Shown in pieces: positions 57,672-64,000 of a stretch of 64,000 nt of DNA. The notes under the pieces are model-generated. The model worked only from the letters and a program-made list of their open reading frames with translations. It was not told the DNA's origin and searched no databases. The stretch's first letter is position 1. Every line of letters starts with the position of its first letter. The position numbers and the translations under genes were made by a program. Origin of the DNA: Bacteroidota bacterium (GTDB taxonomy: Bacteria; Bacteroidota; Ignavibacteria; Kryptoniales; JAKASW01); assembly GCA_021811615.1 (NCBI GenBank), contig JAJZNW010000032.1, forward strand, positions 14,291-78,290. The letters run 5' to 3'.

Positions 57672-59813
57672 CTACGGAAGCCCCCAAATCTTCCTCAGCG
57701 TCCATTCAAGTGCGAGGAGGACGAAGACGATCGCCAGAACTGGAAGTGACGAAAGGAGCTCGAAACTCCTTGAGTGGGAAATTTCGGCCGGCTCTTTCCA
57801 GGACGTCTCCAGGTCAATCCCGTTCCTCACAAACTGAGAAGGTGTGAAGAATGTTCCTCCCGAGACCGAAGCGATCTGCCGGAGGAGAGACACATTCATA
57901 GCGGTCCTGATGTACTCTACATTAAGCGGCTCCACAGTCACGATGCCGCTGTCGGCGCCCGCAAACGTAGAACCGGAGGTGGCATCAGCAACGTATTCAT
58001 ATCTCCCCTCTCCCAGCCCGGAAAGGTTTCCCGCATACGCTCCTCCGCCCAACGGGGACATTTTTATTGCGGATAACCTCTTCCCGTTCTTCTCATTAAC
58101 AACAATGTCTACGTTCGCCCCATCGACCGGCTTTCCGTCCTGTCCGACGAGGAGCGCGTTGAAATGGATAGTCTCCGAAGGGTCGTAGACGCTCTTGTCG
58201 GTGCGAACCGTAAGAAGTCTCTGCTTACCGCTGCTGATCAGTGTCCGTAGAAGCGTAGCGAGGAACTCATGAAGGAAATCGTTCTGAAGACCGCTTATGG
58301 GACTCATAAGCTGAAGTCTCCAGAGACCGTATGCGAGGAATGCGGCGCTTCGGTCGGCAGGATCTGCCAGGAAAACGGGAGACGAATATTTGACCCCATT
58401 CATCGATGGCGATGCGAGAACTACCGAGCCGGGAGCGGGTGCACAGTCAATTCTCCGATAATACAGAGGCGGGAACATCGAGGAATTAGCCTCGACAAGT
58501 GAATAGACCGGCTGGAGGGTTGCAGGGATGTCGTGTCCGGTTTCCGGAGAGATTCCAACCTGGTATTCGCCCGGTTGATACCCGGAGACTTCGAAAGGAA
58601 GTCTGGGAAGTTGGCCGACGTTTCGAGGTGAAAAGCCCGATCCCGCGAAATACACATAGGGGAGATTCTCTCTGTTTAGTCTCCCGATGACCTCACTCTT
58701 CGTGAGTGCCGAACGATCATTTGGGAAATCATAAAGCACAACGGCTTCGTAACTGCCGGCGAGAATTCCGCTGGCGTCTTTCCCGTAGAAAGTGTCGCCG
58801 GTTCTCTGTACCAGCATCTTCAGTTCGAAATCGCCGCCCGATTCTATGTTCCTCCGTAAGAAGGCGACATCGCTGGCGGGAGCTCCTGCCACAAGAAGTA
58901 TCGAATATTTTCCCTTATGTACGTCGACGCTCACGGAGGCAGAATTATTCCTGGTGCTGAATTCGCCGCTTAACGGCGGCACATAAACTCTCAAAAGGTG
59001 AGTTCCGGTTGTCGAAGGGGTGTAATCAAACGACACCTCGACATCTCCGTGTTCCGGAAGCGTAACGATCTTCGACGCGACTTCCCTTCCGTCATCGGCG
59101 AGGTGCGCCGTCACTAAGGCCGAGCCATAACCGTTCGAGCCGATGATCGATCTGACTACGCTCTTTTTGCCGGCATAGATCGAGGGTGCAGGAATAACCT
59201 GACGGACAATCACATCCTTGGGCAAAGTCGAGTCACCAATCCCGATAGTATAGACCGGGAAGGTCAGATTGCGTACCAGATCCATTGGGTTGCCGCCCAT
59301 GTTATAGTCGCCGTCGGAAATCAGAATCGCAAAGGCGGTGCGACCATTGTCATCCATTCTCAGAGATTTTGCGACGGCGGCCGAAATATCTGTACCGGGC
59401 CTGTCATAGCGAAGGGAATCGATATTGAAGTGGCGCAGAACCTTCTCGCCGAAAACAACGGGGTCGATATTGAAATAATGTTGGATGGTATCGAACGAGG
59501 CGCTCTTCAGGACATTCTTAACCGCCGCAGGACGCGCCATCGATGCATCTTTCAAAGCCATACTTTGGGAATCGTCTACAAGGAGAAGCACGTCTTTCTT
59601 CTTGTACTCGTGCCTTACGAATTCAGTGACCAGGTTGGTCATAGCAAGGAAAAGGAAGAACAGCGATGCCCCCCGTAGCATACCCAGGAACATTCTGCGG
59701 GGCCGGGAAACCACATCCAACTTCCGATACATCAGATATGCGAGGCCCGCGGAAACAAGCGCGAACAGGATGAACAGGTAAAAAGGGATATCGAAATGAA
59801 TCTGGAAATTCAT
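57672..59813 (-). CDS. BatA-like membrane protein with vWA domain
   Basis: 713 aa. It has an N-terminal double TM (FYLFILFALVSAGLAYLMY and ASLFFLFLAMTNLV), a vWA MIDAS motif VLLLVDDSQSMAL, a long extracytoplasmic-looking region and a C-terminal TM (LPVLAIVFVLLALEW). Its ATG overlaps the S8 stop (ATGA). Confidence 0.75.
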   Translation of the reverse strand: MNFQIHFDIPFYLFILFALVSAGLAYLMYRKLDVVSRPRRMFLGMLRGASLFFLFLAMTNLVTEFVRHEYKKKDVLLLVDDSQSMALKDASMARPAAVKNVLKSASFDTIQHYFNIDPVVFGEKVLRHFNIDSLRYDRPGTDISAAVAKSLRMDDNGRTAFAILISDGDYNMGGNPMDLVRNLTFPVYTIGIGDSTLPKDVIVRQVIPAPSIYAGKKSVVRSIIGSNGYGSALVTAHLADDGREVASKIVTLPEHGDVEVSFDYTPSTTGTHLLRVYVPPLSGEFSTRNNSASVSVDVHKGKYSILLVAGAPASDVAFLRRNIESGGDFELKMLVQRTGDTFYGKDASGILAGSYEAVVLYDFPNDRSALTKSEVIGRLNRENLPYVYFAGSGFSPRNVGQLPRLPFEVSGYQPGEYQVGISPETGHDIPATLQPVYSLVEANSSMFPPLYYRRIDCAPAPGSVVLASPSMNGVKYSSPVFLADPADRSAAFLAYGLWRLQLMSPISGLQNDFLHEFLATLLRTLISSGKQRLLTVRTDKSVYDPSETIHFNALLVGQDGKPVDGANVDIVVNEKNGKRLSAIKMSPLGGGAYAGNLSGLGEGRYEYVADATSGSTFAGADSGIVTVEPLNVEYIRTAMNVSLLRQIASVSGGTFFTPSQFVRNGIDLETSWKEPAEISHSRSFELLSSLPVLAIVFVLLALEWTLRKIWGLP

Positions 59814-61915
59814 TTCAAATAAAGCACCTTATCAACTTTCATGACTCCGTCTATGATAATCCGGACAAAATAAACTCCACTGCTTGCCCTGTTGCCGGCG
59901 GAGGTGGTGCCGTTCCAATCCACCTCCTGGTATCCTTTGGCCATTTCTCCACTGAACAAATCAGCGACCTTTCTGCCGAGCACATCGTAAACGTCCACCG
60001 AGACATCCGATCCCCGAAAGAGCACGAAGGGTATGTGAACCTGCAGGCTGAACGGGTTTGGATAAGCCGCATAATACCGGAATGGCTGTGCCGGTGCAGG
60101 CGGGACCGATTCAAGTCCGCCCACACTAAAAGGGGCGGAGGCGCCGTAATATGGCACATCGAGATTCTTTCCCGATGAATCGGCGAAATCGAAATAGAAA
60201 TTCAGAGATTGTGAAGCCGAAGCTGGAAGAGGTGCAACGAAGGCGTACTGGTCAGCGGTGTCGGTCGGAAATACGCGTGCAGTTTGATAGCCTGCACCAT
60301 CATAAGAGAAATACGCCCTGCTCATTCGCATATTGATTCCCGATGTACTGAATGCCTTTACCGCGACGTATACGACCGAATCCTCCTGCCACGTCGCGAA
60401 GTTGTTGGAACCGACGAACCCGATTTTCCTGACAGCATTCCAGGCATTGACAATCCCCCAGCCATAGAAATTGTTGGGGTAAGACGTCGTCAAAGGATCG
60501 CCGGGATAATGAGGTTCAATTGCCGTTTCCTTCAACAGATCGATGACCTGCATTGGAGTGTAATCCGGGCGAACCGAAAGAATCAAGGAAGCGATTCCTG
60601 CGGTTAACGGCGTGGAAAAGGAAGTGCCGCTTTCATAATCGTAAGTATCCGGTCCTGGAACGGTGGCGACATAATCGTCGACTCCGTCTGCGACGAGATC
60701 GGGCTTTATTCTCCCGTCGTTGGTGGGACCGGTGGAACTGAAGCCTGCGAGCTGTCCCGTCTGGTCCACTGCGCCGACTGAGATGATGCTGTCCGCGTCG
60801 GCTGGTACATCCATGGTGCCAATGGTGCCGTTGCCGTTTCCTTCATTGCCCATCGCCTGCACCACGATGACGCCGAGCCTGGCCGCGATTGTCGCCGCCC
60901 TGCTCGCAAATGACGTCTTGCCGTTGAAGTCCCCCCTGGAAAAGAAATACGAGATGGATGAATCCACCTGACCGGTCGAGTCGACATAGGTGCTGTACGC
61001 GACTGAAGATGATACGACATCCACTCCATGAGCCTCCATCCATTCGAGGCCTTCGACCCAGTCGTCCTCCTCCCATTGGAAATCCGTCACCGGGACGTAC
61101 TCTGTCTTGGCGAGCATGAAAGATGAACCGTAGGAGACACCGATTATGTTGCCGGGAGAATACCCTCCGAGTACGGATAGAGTCGAAGTCCCGTGGTTAT
61201 CCTGATATGAAGAGTCTCCGGGCTGGTTTGCCGTGATCGAGTCGTTCTGGACGAAATCGTGTTCGCCGATTATCCTGATGTTCTTGAGAGCGTCGTGAGT
61301 CTCATACCTGAAGCCGGAGTCGAGCATGCCAACCAGGACGCCTTTGCCGTCTATTCCGAGAGACTGCACCTGTGGAACGCCGCTCAACTCGAGCTGTGCC
61401 AATGAAGGGCCATATAAGGAGGAGTCTCCCGCGGCGCTCAGACTCGACACCTTGAAAAGCGGCGAGTGCGGATTGCCCGGCCGCGCGATCAGACGGATCG
61501 GCACGATTGAAGTAGCGACCCTCTGGACGCCTTTCACAAATGGAAATCGCATCGTACCCACTATCTGAAGCGAGTCTGTTACGACGGTCGCAGCGTTGAA
61601 CCAGCGACTTGTCCCAATTACTTTCAGGCCGATGCTCTCCAGGCTGTCGATATATCCAGTGTAAACAGGAAAATCCATAACCGAAACTATGTTTGACGGC
61701 GGGAGCACCTTCAGCCGCCGGGTGATAGCGCGTTGGTTGAGCACATTATGGCTAAGGAGATACTGTTCCGCGGGTCCGCCCAGAGAGAAGTCGGTAAAAC
61801 CTTCTGCCTCTGGTTTGTTCTTGAAGAAGACCCAGTACCGGCTCTGTGCGTAGGCCTTAGGAAGGGAGAACGCAGCGAATGCAAGGAGCAAGAGTAAAGT
61901 GGTTCGGACTTTCAC
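59810..61915 (-). CDS. S8-family serine peptidase (subtilisin) with type IX secretion C-terminal sorting domain
   Basis: Signal peptide KVRTTLLLLLAFAAFSLPKAYAQ. Catalytic triad contexts are VGMLDSGF, DNHGTSTLS and SGTSFSTPLTAG. The C-terminus YPNPFSLQVHIPFVL...VDVYDVLGRKVADLF...SGVYFVRIII...KVLYLK is T9SS CTD-like. The start at 61915 is GTG, 3 nt after the MoxR stop. Confidence 0.9.
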   Translation of the reverse strand: MKVRTTLLLLLAFAAFSLPKAYAQSRYWVFFKNKPEAEGFTDFSLGGPAEQYLLSHNVLNQRAITRRLKVLPPSNIVSVMDFPVYTGYIDSLESIGLKVIGTSRWFNAATVVTDSLQIVGTMRFPFVKGVQRVATSIVPIRLIARPGNPHSPLFKVSSLSAAGDSSLYGPSLAQLELSGVPQVQSLGIDGKGVLVGMLDSGFRYETHDALKNIRIIGEHDFVQNDSITANQPGDSSYQDNHGTSTLSVLGGYSPGNIIGVSYGSSFMLAKTEYVPVTDFQWEEDDWVEGLEWMEAHGVDVVSSSVAYSTYVDSTGQVDSSISYFFSRGDFNGKTSFASRAATIAARLGVIVVQAMGNEGNGNGTIGTMDVPADADSIISVGAVDQTGQLAGFSSTGPTNDGRIKPDLVADGVDDYVATVPGPDTYDYESGTSFSTPLTAGIASLILSVRPDYTPMQVIDLLKETAIEPHYPGDPLTTSYPNNFYGWGIVNAWNAVRKIGFVGSNNFATWQEDSVVYVAVKAFSTSGINMRMSRAYFSYDGAGYQTARVFPTDTADQYAFVAPLPASASQSLNFYFDFADSSGKNLDVPYYGASAPFSVGGLESVPPAPAQPFRYYAAYPNPFSLQVHIPFVLFRGSDVSVDVYDVLGRKVADLFSGEMAKGYQEVDWNGTTSAGNRASSGVYFVRIIIDGVMKVDKVLYLK

Positions 61916-61918
61916 GCG

Positions 61919-62923
61919 TCAGAGCTCGAGCAGTCTGCGGACGATTTCAGGTGTGTTGGTATTTTCCGCCTCGGCGTTGAAGTTCGTTATGATCCTGTGC
62001 CGAAGGACGGGAAGAGCAGCCTGTTTTACATCGTCAGTATCGGGACTCAGCCTGTTATCCAGCGCTGCATTTGCCTTCGCGGCAAGTATCAGGTACTGGG
62101 AAGCCCTGGGCCCTGCCCCATAGCTTACATACTGCTTTACAAAATCGGGGGCTTTACCGTTTTGTGGGCGCGTCAGGTTTGCGAGCTGGACGGCGTATTT
62201 CACGACGGAATCGGAGACCGGGACCCGTCTCACCAGTTCCTGGAAGTAGGTAATGTCGTCGGCACCGACGGCCTTACTGATTGCCGGATTGAGATCGCCG
62301 GTGGTAGATTGAACGATTCTCACCTCTTCTTCGAATGTCGGGTAATCGAGCCAAAGGTTGAACATGAACCTGTCGAGCTGCGCTTCGGGAAGAGGATAGG
62401 TTCCTTCCTGTTCGATAGGATTCTGGGTCGCGAGCACGAAGAACGGCTGTTCGAGCTGGAAAGTCTGCCCTGCCGCAGTCACGCGATATTCCTGCATGGC
62501 TTCGAGGAGCGCGCTTTGCGTCTTCGGCGGAGTCCTGTTTATCTCATCGGCCAGAATAATATTGCCGAAGAGAGGACCCTTGACGAATCTGAACGATCTT
62601 TCGCCGGTATTGACGTTTTCTTCAATGATCTCCGTTCCTGTTATGTCGCTCGGCATAAGGTCCGGAGTGAATTGTATCCGGCTGAACTTAAGGTTCAGCG
62701 CGTCCGAAAGAGTTTTTACCAGAAGCGTTTTCGCCAGTCCCGGGACACCGATAAGAAGACAATGCCCGCGTGAAAGGATAGTCAAGAAGATCTGCTTCAC
62801 GATTTCATCCTGGCCGACAATCACCTTCGCGATCTCTCTTCGCAGATCGCCGAAGCTTTTGTTCAGACGCGAGATTCCTTCGACGTCGGAAGTCTGGCCC
62901 TGTTTCGAAGATTCCTTGCTCAA
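61919..62923 (-). CDS. MoxR-family AAA+ ATPase
   Basis: Walker A GVPGLAKT and Walker B IILADEINR, with typical MoxR length and a C-terminal lid. The start at 62923 is TTG, with GGGGGA upstream. It lies 12 nt after the M16 stop. Confidence 0.9.
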   Translation of the reverse strand: MSKESSKQGQTSDVEGISRLNKSFGDLRREIAKVIVGQDEIVKQIFLTILSRGHCLLIGVPGLAKTLLVKTLSDALNLKFSRIQFTPDLMPSDITGTEIIEENVNTGERSFRFVKGPLFGNIILADEINRTPPKTQSALLEAMQEYRVTAAGQTFQLEQPFFVLATQNPIEQEGTYPLPEAQLDRFMFNLWLDYPTFEEEVRIVQSTTGDLNPAISKAVGADDITYFQELVRRVPVSDSVVKYAVQLANLTRPQNGKAPDFVKQYVSYGAGPRASQYLILAAKANAALDNRLSPDTDDVKQAALPVLRHRIITNFNAEAENTNTPEIVRRLLEL

Positions 62924-62935
62924 GTGTCCCCCGAT

Positions 62936-64000
62936 CTAAGAGTTCTTAACTTTTTTGGTCGAACCCGCCGCACGTTCCTCTCCGACGACCTCGACGCGTC
63001 CGAATCTTTTCAACTTGCCGCCGATCTCCTTCGCATCGCCGCTGAGGACGACATACAGGTTATCGGGATCGATATACTTCCTGGCCACTGCACGGACGTC
63101 CCTGGCGGTCACTTTCCTAATCTTGTTCCGGTATTCCCTATAGTAATTCTTGGGAAGATCATAGAGCTCGATTGCGACCACCCTTCCGGCGACCTGCTGG
63201 GGAGTCTCGAGTTGGATCGGAAAGAGACCGGTCAGGTAGTTTTTCACCATGGTCAGCTCTTCACGGAGAGGAAGAGTCTCCCTGATACGCTTCAATTCTT
63301 TGACTATCTCTCCGATGGTATCTGCAGTAACCTCATTCCTCACATCTGCCGATGCCTGAAATGTGCCCGGCAACATGCGACCGTCGAAGTCAGTGCGACC
63401 TCCGTAAGTGTACCCGTGCACTTCGCGCAGGTTCATGTTAATCCTGGAACTAAAATAGCCGCCGAGGATCGTATTCATTACGAAGACCTTCAGGTAGTCC
63501 GGATTATTGCGCGCTATTCCGCGGTGACCCACCCTTACCGACGACTGTACGGCGCCAGGTTTGTTCGCAATGAACACCCGTCCGTCGGGACGGGACTCCG
63601 GTAACTGCGGAAGCACATTCTTCGTACACACGCCCTTCCACTTCCTGAAGGAACCGGAGACATAATTCTCCGCCTCCTTTGGAGTGATGTCGCCCGCAAA
63701 GACAAGGAACGAGTTGTCGGGAGTAAAGAGACTCTTATGGAACGCGGCGAAGTCGCCTCGTTTCATTTCGTTGACGGATTCTTCAGACCCGCTGACGGTG
63801 CCGCCATAAGGATGGGAGCCGAAGACGATTGACGAAAAAGTTGTATCGGCGAGGTATCCCGGATCGGCTTTCATCTGCTGGATCGATGCGATCCTCTGAA
63901 GCTTCACCCGTTCAACCTCTTTTTTTGGAAAAGTCGGGTTTAGAACGACGTCACGAAGTATGTCGAATCCCTTTGCCAGGTGGGCTTTGAGAACCGAGAC
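62936..64000 (-). CDS. M16-family (pitrilysin/insulinase-like) peptidase, C-terminal part (5-prime end outside the window)
   Basis: The frame is open from 64000 (VSVLKAHLAKGFDILRDVVLNPTFPKKEVERVKLQRIASIQQ...). The track start 63907 is an internal GTG. The sequence resembles the Peptidase_M16_C domain. Confidence 0.8.
   Translation of the reverse strand, partial: VSVLKAHLAKGFDILRDVVLNPTFPKKEVERVKLQRIASIQQMKADPGYLADTTFSSIVFGSHPYGGTVSGSEESVNEMKRGDFAAFHKSLFTPDNSFLVFAGDITPKEAENYVSGSFRKWKGVCTKNVLPQLPESRPDGRVFIANKPGAVQSSVRVGHRGIARNNPDYLKVFVMNTILGGYFSSRINMNLREVHGYTYGGRTDFDGRMLPGTFQASADVRNEVTADTIGEIVKELKRIRETLPLREELTMVKNYLTGLFPIQLETPQQVAGRVVAIELYDLPKNYYREYRNKIRKVTARDVRAVARKYIDPDNLYVVLSGDAKEIGGKLKRFGRVEVVGEERAAGSTKKVKNS

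Overview
This is a 64-kb, gene-dense, mostly housekeeping chromosomal segment from a Gram-negative bacterium. A type IX secretion C-terminal sorting domain on a subtilisin, a GWxTD protein, Oar-like CarboxypepD_reg/TonB-dependent receptors and a BatA-like vWA protein point to the FCB superphylum. The strong GGAGG ribosome-binding sites are unlike classical Bacteroidia, so the lineage call is inference only. I support about 50 protein-coding genes. Two are partial at the window edges. One is missing from the ORF track because it runs off the left edge, and one 59-aa ORF lies below the track cut-off. I also support one multiply disrupted DUF72 pseudogene, tRNA-Pro(GGG), tRNA-Arg(UCG), several hairpin terminators and a recurrent TTGnnn-N17-TAnnTT promoter-like pattern. 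In the supplied ORF track, M can stand for GTG or TTG (checked at 7, 34293 and 63907), so several starts were re-evaluated. The functional blocks are: heptose/LPS and envelope genes (hldA, hldC, GT9, murA, amidase, ftsX, TamB-like); a beta-oxidation cluster (fadD, fadN-like, fadA, acyl-CoA dehydrogenase); recR-ybaB-rnr; a MacA/MacB-type module; serA plus a paralogous 2-hydroxyacid dehydrogenase; nifJ (PFOR) with a DHOD-like gene; two tandem Oar-like outer-membrane receptors; an M1 aminopeptidase; pstCAB; and an M16-MoxR-S8-vWA operon. I saw no CRISPR array, transposase, integrase, restriction-modification, toxin-antitoxin or other defence hallmark, and I found no convincing new multi-gene system. 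The best leads are: (1) a MoxR / T9SS-subtilisin / vWA operon that lacks the usual DUF58 partner; (2) a roughly 120-nt block-conserved, possibly structured leader shared by the two receptor paralogs; (3) a five-hexamer, 11-bp-phased Pho-box-like array in front of a pstS-less pstCAB; (4) apparently leaderless promoters; (5) three unusually long unassigned spacers, one of which hides a 59-aa two-TM ORF.
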